In this document: positions 42,376 to 51,194 of the stretch, piece after piece
Layout: the number at the start of each line of letters is the position of its first letter
Numbering within the stretch: the first letter of the stretch is position 1
DNA from: an uncultured Gammaproteobacteria bacterium
GTDB taxonomy: Bacteria > Patescibacteriota > Microgenomatia > Levybacterales > UBA12049
Length of the DNA stretch: 64,000 nt
Assembly: GCA_964653195.1 (NCBI GenBank)
Contig: CAZZCX010000001.1
Coordinates: 35,290 to 99,289 of the forward strand
Direction: 5' to 3'
Made by a program: the position numbers and the translations under genes
The notes under the pieces: generated by a model
Seen by the model: the letters and a program-made list of their open reading frames with translations, nothing else
Told to the model about the DNA's origin: nothing
Database searches by the model: none

Positions 42376-42909
42376 ATGAAAAAAAACGTTTTTGGCCGAC
42401 AATTTAAAAGAGATACAAATGAAAGAAAATCCCTGTTTAAAGGATTAATGACAGCATTGGTTATGCATGATCGGATCCAAACAACAGAAGAAAAAGCAAA
42501 ATCAATCAAAGGTGCAGTAGAAAAGTTGGTTACAAAAGCGTTAAGAAAAGGAGAGAATTCCAAAAGAGAACTTCTCCCATTTTTAAGTGAGGATGCGGTT
42601 AAAAAAATGATACTAGACATTGCCCCTCGATTTACAGACAGAAGCGGAGGCTATACGAGGATAATCAAGCTTGGAAGACGATTTGGTGATAATGCATCTC
42701 TTGTTATACTTGAATGGGTTGAGCAAAGTAGCAATAAGAATGTAACGAGTAGTAGCACAACTAAGAAAGCTGATATAAAAACGGCAGTTGCCAAAGGTAG
42801 CAATGTCAGTGTAAAATCGAAAAAAACTAAAACAATTAGTTCGAATAAGCCTAAAACAGTAAAACTACCTAAAACAAAAAAAGTAAGAAAGGAAAGCAAG
42901 GAAAAATAA
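42376..42909 (+). CDS. rplQ: 50S protein bL17 (Lys/Ser/Thr-rich tail)
   Basis: IQTTEEKAK, RSGGYTRIIK, RFGDNA. Confidence 0.96.
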   Translation: MKKNVFGRQFKRDTNERKSLFKGLMTALVMHDRIQTTEEKAKSIKGAVEKLVTKALRKGENSKRELLPFLSEDAVKKMILDIAPRFTDRSGGYTRIIKLGRRFGDNASLVILEWVEQSSNKNVTSSSTTKKADIKTAVAKGSNVSVKSKKTKTISSNKPKTVKLPKTKKVRKESKEK

Positions 42910-43325
42910 TGAAAGCTACGACATCTACTAAAGCAGTGCAAATAGTAAGAAATTGGTATCTGCGAGATGCAGCAGATAAAACGTTAGGACGTTTTGCAAC
43001 TGATGTTGCAATATTACTTATGGGTAAAGCGAAACCATATTTCGTCAGAAATCTTGATTGTGGAGATTATGTGATAATAACAAATGCTAGTAAGGTTAAA
43101 GTTACAGGAAAGAAAGAGACCGATAAGGTGTATGCAAGACATTCAGGTTATCCCGGTGGATTTAAGTCAGAAACTCTTAAAGAATTACGGGAAAGAAAGC
43201 CTGAAGATATTATAAGAAAAGCAGTGAAAGGTATGATTCCTCGTAATAGGTTAGGCGCATCCATGATGAAGCGGCTTTTCATATTTGCGGGTGAAGAACA
43301 TACGTATAATGATAAATTGAAATAA
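42909..43325 (+). CDS. rplM: 50S protein uL13
   Basis: LGRFAT, DCGDYV, HSGYPGG, AVKGMIP. Confidence 0.97.
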   Translation: MKATTSTKAVQIVRNWYLRDAADKTLGRFATDVAILLMGKAKPYFVRNLDCGDYVIITNASKVKVTGKKETDKVYARHSGYPGGFKSETLKELRERKPEDIIRKAVKGMIPRNRLGASMMKRLFIFAGEEHTYNDKLK

Positions 43326-43397
43326 ACATTTAGATAAATAGTACTTAGCGTCTGGTAACTGATATACGCATAAAACTAAAAACTAAACATAAAAAAT

Positions 43398-43868
43398 ATG
43401 GCAGATAAAATAATAAATATAAAAAAAGATCAGAAAAAAGATTATATTTTTGCTGTAGGCAGAAGAAAACAAGCAGTTGCAAGAGTAAGGTTGTATGAAT
43501 CAGTCAAAGCTGATACTTCATGGGGGAATTTAGACGTAAAAAAAGGAGAAATATTGGTAAATAAAAAAACCATAAGTGAGTATTTTCCAGGTGACATTTA
43601 TAAAAGAGTCTATTCTGAACCTTTAAGCGTTGCAAATGCTTTAAATAAATATGCATTTACAATACAAGTAGCAGGCGGTGGTCCTGCAGGACAGCTAGAT
43701 GCAGTAGTTGCAGGAATATCTAATGCGTTAATTAAATTCGATTCTGAAAATTATAGACCATTACTTAAAAAGAAGGGGTTTTTAACCAGAGATGCTAGAG
43801 TCAGAGAACGAAGAAAAGTCGGTACGGGTGGAAAAGCGAGAAGAAAGAAGCAATCACCTAAGCGTTAA
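43398..43868 (+). CDS. rpsI: 30S protein uS9
   Basis: GRRKQAVARV, GGG..GQ, LTRDAR..ERRK, QSPKR. Confidence 0.97.
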   Translation: MADKIINIKKDQKKDYIFAVGRRKQAVARVRLYESVKADTSWGNLDVKKGEILVNKKTISEYFPGDIYKRVYSEPLSVANALNKYAFTIQVAGGGPAGQLDAVVAGISNALIKFDSENYRPLLKKKGFLTRDARVRERRKVGTGGKARRKKQSPKR

Positions 43869-44491
43869 ACTTCTATAGTTACCCCTGTCTCCATTAATTT
43901 AAAATCGATATTTGATTGCATGAGATACTCTCTAGCCCGTTGATATAGACTTTTTCTAACTTCCTCTTTCCAATGCCAATCATGGATAGGTATTACTACT
44001 TTCGGACTTAACTCTTCAGAAAGCTTTATAGCTGATGCAAATGAGCCCCATGGTGCTTGAATAGGAAGAGCTATTATAGGAGCGGTTAATGTGAAATGAT
44101 ATGAATCACCAGGGTGAGTAAATAGTTCAAAGAGAGTAAACTGAGTGTTTTGCGGGGGTACAGATAACACTACATCCTCATGCGGTACCGATTCGGTTCG
44201 AATGAAGCTAGGAAGTTTCGTATAAGCTGTAATATTTTCAGCTGATAGTAAATCTACGACAGAGCTATTGCTAATAATTTTTACATCTGGGTATCGGTCT
44301 ATAAACTCGCGTAAAAAAGATATAGACATATGATCAGAATGCTCATGGGTTATAAGTATGTATTCTGGGGGCTGAATTTTCTGAAAATCAATCACTTTTT
44401 CGTTATAAGTATATTCTCCTGGATCTATTAAAATAATTTTATCTTGATGCTCAATAAGTAAACAGGAGTGAAGATATTTAGTAATTTTCAT
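43865..44491 (-). CDS. Metallo-beta-lactamase-fold hydrolase
   Basis: HSC, IDPG, THEHSDH, HPGDS, PIHD. Confidence 0.85.
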   Translation of the reverse strand: MKITKYLHSCLLIEHQDKIILIDPGEYTYNEKVIDFQKIQPPEYILITHEHSDHMSISFLREFIDRYPDVKIISNSSVVDLLSAENITAYTKLPSFIRTESVPHEDVVLSVPPQNTQFTLFELFTHPGDSYHFTLTAPIIALPIQAPWGSFASAIKLSEELSPKVVIPIHDWHWKEEVRKSLYQRAREYLMQSNIDFKLMETGVTIEV

Positions 44492-44511
44492 TTTTTGTTT
44501 ATAAATTTTTT

Positions 44512-45708
44512 TTAGGTTGTAACTTTTTTATTCTGAGCTTGAATTAAAGCTAAAATATATCTTACGAAAGCCCCAATCATCATGAGGCTTAAAGCAAATA
44601 CTGTAGACCAGCCAATAAAAGGTATTAGGAATAATATAAAAAAGCTAATTGAACCTACTATTGCAGCTTTCCAGTTAAGTATATATTCTTTTTTATCTCG
44701 TTTATACCATGCGTTTAGAATTAGCCAACCAAGAAATATTTTTCCTAAATATATACTGGTAATTATTGCTAAGCCATAAAATAGAAATGCTGCTATTCCA
44801 AGCCATACCAGCATTAATAAGAAGATACTAAAGAGAGGCCAAAAGAAAAGAAAAATAAATCCTGTGCCAAAAGATACCAAAGGAGATTTTTTTACTTTTA
44901 TTAAAATTTCATTCGTAAAGATTGGAAGTATTGATAAGAATAAAAGGGAGATAACAATATCTATTACAAGTTTATAGATAGACCCCGTAGTTATAATACT
45001 TGCTTTTTTTTGTGTATTTTTATCCTCTATAAATTGAAATTCAGTTTTTCCTTGGACCTTCGCTTCATCTGATATTTTTGCTTTTTCTGTTGCTTTATAT
45101 TTTAAATCGCCTTTAATATTTGCTTTGCTTCCGAGTGTAAGAGTACCGATTTCACCCTCTAAATTACCTCCGACTTCAGCGTTTAAAGTAGCTTGTCCAC
45201 CATTTATATATACTTTCCCCTTTACAGGTCCATTTATTTGTATGTCTCCTCCAAGGATAAGTAAGTCTCCGCTAATCGATGCCGTATCAGTAATTCGGAT
45301 GTTTCCACCTGCAACTAATACATCATTTCTGGTTTCACCGCTTATTACGATATTACCTCCTGCAACCCTAAGTGTGTTTCCTACTTTAGAGCGGATGAAT
45401 ACATCTCCTCCTGCTGCAATTAAGCTTCCTGAAATATCTCCATTTACCGTAACAGTTCCTGCTGCTGCAGTTAAATCGTTTGTTACAAAAGCATCTGAAG
45501 TTATTGTGCTCCCAAAGAGATATAAATCTTTTTGGCCAGTTTTGTTTTCTGCTATGTATATATTTTCACCGGCTTCGATAGATGCCCCGTATGACTGAGA
45601 AGTGAAGAGAGTAGTCAGAATAACAAACACAATTAACTTGAAAATAGTTATTCCTCGAAAATTCATACTTTGTGTCCTTACTGTACTATTATTGGTTATT
45701 TTCGTCAA
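44512..45708 (-). CDS. Membrane protein with bactofilin-like beta-helix repeats
   Basis: Repeats 'AGG.V.I.G.V.GD' followed by several TMs. Confidence 0.7.
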   Translation of the reverse strand: MTKITNNSTVRTQSMNFRGITIFKLIVFVILTTLFTSQSYGASIEAGENIYIAENKTGQKDLYLFGSTITSDAFVTNDLTAAAGTVTVNGDISGSLIAAGGDVFIRSKVGNTLRVAGGNIVISGETRNDVLVAGGNIRITDTASISGDLLILGGDIQINGPVKGKVYINGGQATLNAEVGGNLEGEIGTLTLGSKANIKGDLKYKATEKAKISDEAKVQGKTEFQFIEDKNTQKKASIITTGSIYKLVIDIVISLLFLSILPIFTNEILIKVKKSPLVSFGTGFIFLFFWPLFSIFLLMLVWLGIAAFLFYGLAIITSIYLGKIFLGWLILNAWYKRDKKEYILNWKAAIVGSISFFILFLIPFIGWSTVFALSLMMIGAFVRYILALIQAQNKKVTT

Positions 45709-45723
45709 GCTTTTTACAGATTT

Positions 45724-46200
45724 TTACGTTTCATCGCGAGTAGAGCCAAGATTACTTACAGTCTTAGTAAGATTTTTTGATTGTAGATGTGTAAGCTCCA
45801 CATTTTCCCGTGAAATAAGGATTAGTCCTTGTATTATACGTCTTGCCTCAAGTGCATCTTTGTTTTTTAGAAATGTTAGGATTGTAGGAGGTGCTTTACT
45901 GTTTTTATCTATTATTGATAATTTTCCAAATAGGAGACTGGTCTCAGCTTGAACCGTGGCAATGTCTTTAATAAGTACTGAACGTATCTGTTTCGAAAAG
46001 AAAAATATCTGACTAATAAGATTTATTTTACTCTCTGTAATAATTAGTTTATCTGGGAACAATGTAAATGGAAAAACAGTGCTTATCGTTAAAAGAACAT
46101 TATCCGTCTCGATAAGTTTTTGAATCTTACTGATTGAAGATTTGTTTATTTTATGTCTAAGTAAATCCTTTTTAGTTACTATTACTGATTCTTGTTGCAT
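45724..46200 (-). CDS. Bacterial PH-domain-like hypothetical protein
   Basis: FPFTLFPD, 'IKDI..V....LLFGKL.I'. Confidence 0.55.
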   Translation of the reverse strand: MQQESVIVTKKDLLRHKINKSSISKIQKLIETDNVLLTISTVFPFTLFPDKLIITESKINLISQIFFFSKQIRSVLIKDIATVQAETSLLFGKLSIIDKNSKAPPTILTFLKNKDALEARRIIQGLILISRENVELTHLQSKNLTKTVSNLGSTRDET

Positions 46201-46246
46201 AACTGTGAAATTAAATCCTATATAAGAAATATTTGAGTAAGAAGTA

Positions 46247-46666
46247 TCATTGTAGGAGATTTAATCCAGTCATATCGTCTTTGGCGCGTAGCAGTTTTAT
46301 CTCAAAAGGGATAAGCAGCACTTCACATGTAGCGGAAATAACCAATTCTTTTACATGACCACCGATTACAGATAGATCATTTTTCGAAAAAGTACCATGT
46401 ATATGAATAGTTAATTTCTCATCTAACATAGCTAAATTGCCATTAAGGCTTACGATTTCCAGATTTTCTGAAAGATAATGATCTTCAAATTCATGTTTTT
46501 CAAAATTGAAAAATGATAGAGTTATTTTTTTTGCAGAGCCAATTGCATTTATACTTCCTGCCATTAGCGAATGTGTAGTGGCATAATCTGTGACACATTT
46601 AATTAGTTCGTCGTCTTTGTCTAGACGAATTATGTGTATACTACTGTCATTATTTATTACTTTCAT
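46247..46666 (-). CDS. PPC/DUF296 domain protein
   Basis: AIGS, EIVSLNGN, HIH, GGH, TCE. Confidence 0.9.
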   Translation of the reverse strand: MKVINNDSSIHIIRLDKDDELIKCVTDYATTHSLMAGSINAIGSAKKITLSFFNFEKHEFEDHYLSENLEIVSLNGNLAMLDEKLTIHIHGTFSKNDLSVIGGHVKELVISATCEVLLIPFEIKLLRAKDDMTGLNLLQ

Positions 46667-46695
46667 GAGTGTTGTGTATTTATTATGTAATTATA

Positions 46696-47268
46696 TTAAT
46701 AATCTATAATTATTTCTTTTACAAAAATATAACCCCATAATAGCGTTATAGGCACAAAGCTTTGAAACTTACTGGAGTCAAATTCTAAGCCTTGTATAGT
46801 AAGTTTGTTCGTCATTTTTTTTGTAATAATATATTTTATAAAATGATCAATAACTTGATTTATTGGTGGATATACCCTCACTCCATCTATTAATTCTTTA
46901 GCAGCTTTAATTCTTGCTGTGCGCAGCTTAGACTGGTCTGTCGTAATAATAAATGGTTTATGATCGTGTGTAATTGAGCGGTATTTAATATATATTTGTA
47001 TTCCGTACATTATTGAAAAATAGAAAAGCGCATACAATTGAGATTTATAAATTTTGTTCATTGGGGGAAGAGGAGTAAAATGAATTTGTGCAAACGCAGC
47101 AGCAATTGGTCTTATATGTATTAGCAATTCTTCAGGCGGTATAAATTTAGAGAAATAACTATCATTTGTAAATTGAGACATAGACATAATTACTTCTTGT
47201 GTAATTAGGAACGCTATATTTTCTGTCTCAATACTTCTGGGATTTATAAATTCGGGTAAACTTTTCAT
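46696..47268 (-). CDS. Hypothetical protein
   Basis: 190-aa ORF in gene-sized gap; no family recognised. Confidence 0.55.
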   Translation of the reverse strand: MKSLPEFINPRSIETENIAFLITQEVIMSMSQFTNDSYFSKFIPPEELLIHIRPIAAAFAQIHFTPLPPMNKIYKSQLYALFYFSIMYGIQIYIKYRSITHDHKPFIITTDQSKLRTARIKAAKELIDGVRVYPPINQVIDHFIKYIITKKMTNKLTIQGLEFDSSKFQSFVPITLLWGYIFVKEIIIDY

Positions 47269-47470
47269 AAAATAAGAATTGTTTCATTCTCTCCTAATTT
47301 TAGTATAAATGAGGTTTTAAATAACTTCAATTGATAAATATAAATGCACTTAAATATATCAATAATTAGCGCTTTCCTTATATGTGTTTATAATTTTTGG
47401 GTATCCTTATTGTTGAGTGAAACAAAAATCTATGTGAGTAGTTAGAGTATATAAAACTTCCTAATAATTT

Positions 47471-47923
47471 TTATTTAATTTCAAGAAGTTCTACGTCAAA
47501 GGTTAGTGTTGCATTTGGTGGTATATTTGGGGGAGCGCCGTTTTCCCCATAGCCTAGATCTGGGGGAATGACAAGTTTTCTCTTTCCGCCTACTTTCATC
47601 CCCGGTATTCCTTGATCCCAACCTTTAATAACAGTACCTATGCCTATTGTTGTTATAAATGGTGAGTTTCGTTTATAAGAACTATCAAATTCTGTGCCAT
47701 CATCAAGTATTCCCTTGTAATGCATTACTACTGTATCGCCTGTTTTAACGGCCTCCCCTTCTCCTAATTGAGTATCGGTTATCTTAAGCTTTTTAGTATT
47801 ATTTATAGAAGGAGTAGGTGTTATACTTGCATCTTTTAATGAGAATTCACCTGGAGAAATCATAATAAGAAATTCAGCAATTATAAAAATTAGTACAATT
47901 ATGATAATTATTCTTTTTTTCAT
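47471..47923 (-). CDS. FKBP-type peptidyl-prolyl isomerase with N-terminal anchor
   Basis: [43 protein letters not shown]. Confidence 0.95.
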   Translation of the reverse strand: MKKRIIIIIVLIFIIAEFLIMISPGEFSLKDASITPTPSINNTKKLKITDTQLGEGEAVKTGDTVVMHYKGILDDGTEFDSSYKRNSPFITTIGIGTVIKGWDQGIPGMKVGGKRKLVIPPDLGYGENGAPPNIPPNATLTFDVELLEIK

Positions 47924-47945
47924 GTTTTAGCATTATAGCACGGAT

Positions 47946-48599
47946 CTATCTTTTTATGAATTTAAAAATCAACAAAAATATAAAATCTAAAATCAGCGGT
48001 ATAGATAAATAAAGACAAGCAGTTCTGAAGAGTTTTATTATAACTGGTTTTTGGGCAAATTCATTTATGGAGATTCTAATTCCAAGCAAATAAAGTGCAG
48101 AGATAATTATTGAGGTGATAAAAATAAGCGCAAAAGCTCCTTCCATATCTTTTTTACTTGCGAACATTGTATTGCCAATTTGGAAAACAACATAAAGAAG
48201 AATTATTATTATCCATAAATTTTCAGATGAGAAGTATTTCATAGAGAGGTAAATTGAGCTAAGTAGAATAAAAATTCCGAAAATAAATGGCGCTATGCCA
48301 ATAAAAAAACGTCTAATTGGATCGGTTATTTGTATTTCTGCGTGTCCCATCTTTATATCGTTTCCTACAATTTCAGGAATAAGATGAATTCTACCGGTAC
48401 GCACAAAAAGAAGTTCTGCCATAAGTTGATGAGAGAATTCATGGATTATGGTTCCGGGAAGGAAAAGTATCGCTAGTATGTAGACTGTGAGCTTCTTATG
48501 CTTTAAAAAACGATGAAGTATATAGCTTAAGTTTTTGGTTAAAGAGCGAGAAAAGAAATAAAGTATTATTATTTCAGCGGTTAATATGAGAAGATACAT
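47946..48599 (-). CDS. M50-like membrane metalloprotease
   Basis: PGTIIHEFSH (HExxH in TM), IGIAP, multiple TMs. Confidence 0.65.
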   Translation of the reverse strand: MYLLILTAEIIILYFFSRSLTKNLSYILHRFLKHKKLTVYILAILFLPGTIIHEFSHQLMAELLFVRTGRIHLIPEIVGNDIKMGHAEIQITDPIRRFFIGIAPFIFGIFILLSSIYLSMKYFSSENLWIIIILLYVVFQIGNTMFASKKDMEGAFALIFITSIIISALYLLGIRISINEFAQKPVIIKLFRTACLYLSIPLILDFIFLLIFKFIKR

Positions 48600-48673
48600 A
48601 TCTTATATATTTAGTTTAACATTTTATAAACAGTTTTTACTTTAATTAGTTATGTTATGATAATTAATATTAT

Positions 48674-48961
48674 ATGGTTAAATATAAGAGGCAATTTCAG
48701 TTAATGATTGATGAAAATAAGTTACTTTTCAGTGAGTTTAAAAAGTATCACGATCTGTTAGATTCTGGTGACGGATCCGTAAGAGAAGAATTTAATGAGA
48801 TAGGCCGGAAAGTGCAACGTGTTGTAAGACGTTATGAAAACGAGCTATGTGCCAAATCAGAAAATAGCGGATTTGGCAAATATTCAGAAAATCTATCAGA
48901 AAAATTTTGGCTTGAAGTTAGGCAATACTTACCTAAGATAGACAAGATTGAGATTGAATAA
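48674..48961 (+). CDS. Hypothetical protein
   Basis: 95-aa ORF with ATG downstream of -10-like elements. Confidence 0.6.
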   Translation: MVKYKRQFQLMIDENKLLFSEFKKYHDLLDSGDGSVREEFNEIGRKVQRVVRRYENELCAKSENSGFGKYSENLSEKFWLEVRQYLPKIDKIEIE

Positions 48962-48975
48962 TATTTGGTATTGAG

Positions 48976-49046
48976 TCGGGATGCCGTGAATCGAACACGG
49001 ACTACCGCACCCCCAGCGCGGCGTACTACCACTATACTACATCCCG
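48976..49046 (-). tRNA. tRNA-Pro(GGG), CCA not encoded
   Basis: CGGGATG/CATCCCG acceptor stem, anticodon arm CCGCG-CTGGGGG-TGCGG, T arm CCGTG-TTCGATT-CACGG, discriminator A. Confidence 0.93.
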
Positions 49047-49050
49047 GATT

Positions 49051-49078
49051 TAGTCGTAAGGCTTTGGTCGTTAGTCGT
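49051..49078. repeat. Heptamer tandem arm (left) of four-helix-bundle cassette
   Basis: TAGTCGT AAGGCTT TGGTCGT TAGTCGT. Confidence 0.75.
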
Positions 49079-49082
49079 TTAA

Positions 49083-49430
49083 TTATTCTCTATTTAGCGA
49101 TTTTATCAAACTATGTAATTCTTTACTAATAGAGTCACATTTTAACAGAGCTTTGGAAACATCCACCACAAAAAGTTGTTCCGCAATTTTAAGAGCTGCA
49201 ATTGTCTCATATAAAGATTTCAACGCATTGCGTAAATAACTTTTGTATTCCTTATCACCTAAGCCACCGCTACCTTCTGCAATATTTAATACCACTGAAA
49301 TAGCAGATCTTTTTAGCTGATCAATTAGTGCAAATTTTTCATCGCTTGGTAGTTCGATCGTAATTTTATATATAGTTTTCACCAATTCAACTGCATTTTG
49401 ATATACACGAAGTTTCTCAAATCTATACAT
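49083..49430 (-). CDS. Four helix bundle protein (23S rRNA IVP / bAvd-like fold)
   Basis: FEKLRVYQ, LPSDEKFALIDQLKRSAISVVLNIAEG, 'ALKSLYET'. Confidence 0.9.
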   Translation of the reverse strand: MYRFEKLRVYQNAVELVKTIYKITIELPSDEKFALIDQLKRSAISVVLNIAEGSGGLGDKEYKSYLRNALKSLYETIAALKIAEQLFVVDVSKALLKCDSISKELHSLIKSLNRE

Positions 49431-49472
49431 GAGTCTGATAATATATTTTTAATCTATATCTATTTAATCTTA

Positions 49473-49507
49473 TTGTCTAAAGACTTATGACTAATTGCCA
49501 ACGACTA
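49473..49507. repeat. Heptamer tandem arm (right, inverted) of four-helix-bundle cassette
   Basis: TTGTCTA AAGACTT ATGACTA ATTGCCA ACGACTA; ACGACTA is the reverse complement of TAGTCGT. Confidence 0.75.
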
Positions 49508-49580
49508 TTTGTAATTTAGAAAATTACAAAATTGCCACTTGTATTTTACCATAACTTCGTATAATATTTGCCTAAGATTT

Positions 49581-50684
49581 ATGGCAAGAGCATCCGCTAA
49601 CCCCCCCAAAAACATTCCACAACCTTCATCAGATCAAGATGCAAAATTAGAATCAGTCCGAATCGCGATGGATCAGATTGAGAAGCAGTATGGTCGAGGA
49701 AGTATTATGCGTTTCGGAGAAGCAGCCCAAAAGCTCGATATCTCAGTTATTTCTACGGGATGCTTACCGCTAGATATGGCACTTGGCGTGGGTGGGCTTC
49801 CACGAGGAAGAATAATTGAAATATATGGACCGGAAGCTTCAGGAAAAACTACAGTTTGTCTATCAACTATCGCACAAGCGCAGAAACATGGCGGCATAGC
49901 AGCATTTATTGACGCAGAACACGCGCTTGATCCATTATGGGCTGAAAGACTGGGTGTAAAACTAGATGAGCTTCTTATTTCTCAACCTGATACAGGAGAA
50001 CAGGCGTTGGAAATCACAGAAAGTCTTATAAGAAGTGGAGGAGTAGATGTCCTAGTCATCGATTCTGTGGCAGCTTTGGTACCGAGAGCTGAGATAGAGG
50101 GAGATATGGGTGATTCATCTATGGGACTTCAGGCTAGACTTATGTCTCAAGCTCTTCGTAAGCTGACTGGAGTTATATCGAAATCAAAAACAGTTTGCAT
50201 ATTCACCAATCAGCTGCGCCAAAAAATCGGGGTGATGTTTGGTAACCCCGAGACAACTACAGGCGGATTGGCACTTAAGTTCTATGCATCTATAAGGATG
50301 GATATCCGTAAAATTGAGACTCTAAAAGATAGCGATAAAGTAATTGGCTCAAGGCATAGAGTGAAGGTTGTAAAGAATAAAGTAGCTGTACCATTCCGTC
50401 TTGCAGAATTTGATGTCTTTGGTGACGGCATCTCAAGAGAAGGGGGGATTCTGGATGTGGCTGTTGAGATGAATGTAATCTCTAAATCAGGCGCTTTCTT
50501 CCGTTATAATGATCAAATGATAGGCCAAGGAAAAGTAGCTGCTATGGAGTGGCTGAAGGAGAATTCCGATATTGCAAAGAAGATAGTAGCTGAAATTATG
50601 TTGCGATCAAAAAACGGCGGTTTACCTGTGGCAGTAGGGGTAGAATCAGGAAAAGTAGACACGAAAGCTTCCCTTGATGAGTAA
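49581..50684 (+). CDS. recA: Recombinase A
   Basis: [43 protein letters not shown]; ATG 49581. Confidence 0.98.
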   Translation: MARASANPPKNIPQPSSDQDAKLESVRIAMDQIEKQYGRGSIMRFGEAAQKLDISVISTGCLPLDMALGVGGLPRGRIIEIYGPEASGKTTVCLSTIAQAQKHGGIAAFIDAEHALDPLWAERLGVKLDELLISQPDTGEQALEITESLIRSGGVDVLVIDSVAALVPRAEIEGDMGDSSMGLQARLMSQALRKLTGVISKSKTVCIFTNQLRQKIGVMFGNPETTTGGLALKFYASIRMDIRKIETLKDSDKVIGSRHRVKVVKNKVAVPFRLAEFDVFGDGISREGGILDVAVEMNVISKSGAFFRYNDQMIGQGKVAAMEWLKENSDIAKKIVAEIMLRSKNGGLPVAVGVESGKVDTKASLDE

Positions 50685-50695
50685 AGTCCTCTTTT

Positions 50696-51181
50696 ATGGA
50701 ACCTGCCGATCTTTACAGAAAGTATCTTGATAGAGCTCTTCATTTCCTCTCTTTTCGTTCCCGCTCTGAGAAAGAAGTAAGGGATAATCTATTAAAAAAG
50801 GATGCATCCAATGAAACGATTGAACAGATAATAAGTTGGTTAAAGGATCATAATTTTCTTGATGACAAAGATTTTGCTAGGAGATTTATAGAACAGCGTA
50901 TAAAGCTTCGTCCTAGGGGGATGAGAGTCATAAAGATGGAGTTAAAGCAGAAGGGAATAAGTCAGGAAATAATAGAAGAGATAACTGCAGAAAATGAAGG
51001 AGAAGTGGATAATGAGTTTGCAATGGCAAAAAGAATTGTTGAAAAAAAGATCATGAAATACAAAGGATTCGAGAAAAGAGTGATATACCAAAAACTTGGA
51101 GCCCATCTTGCTAGCAAAGGATTTAATTGGGATATCATAAAACGAAGCATAGACGAGTATTTATCTAATGTGAACTTCTGA
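50696..51181 (+). CDS. recX: RecX regulator
   Basis: LSFRSRSEKEV, LDDKDFA, ELKQKGI, L..KGF; follows recA. Confidence 0.9.
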   Translation: MEPADLYRKYLDRALHFLSFRSRSEKEVRDNLLKKDASNETIEQIISWLKDHNFLDDKDFARRFIEQRIKLRPRGMRVIKMELKQKGISQEIIEEITAENEGEVDNEFAMAKRIVEKKIMKYKGFEKRVIYQKLGAHLASKGFNWDIIKRSIDEYLSNVNF

Positions 51182-51194
51182 CATCACATCGTTA

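Noticed and set aside
42333-42620. Antisense ORFs ending in KDIKIL-like peptides (also 42092-42304)
   Set aside because: Peptides are translations of the octamer hairpin; shadows of rplQ/rpoA.
45125-45952. Long plus-strand ORFs opposite the bactofilin-like and PH-like genes
   Set aside because: Antisense shadows of repetitive coding sequence with no motifs.
48832-49032. 66-aa ORF on minus strand
   Set aside because: Overlaps tRNA-Pro and is antisense to the 48674 gene.
48976-49046. Prophage/island integrated at tRNA-Pro
   Set aside because: No integrase and no duplicated tRNA 3' end seen.
49083-49430. Diversity-generating retroelement (Avd-like gene)
   Set aside because: No reverse transcriptase and no TR/VR pair with adenine-specific mismatches noticed in the window.
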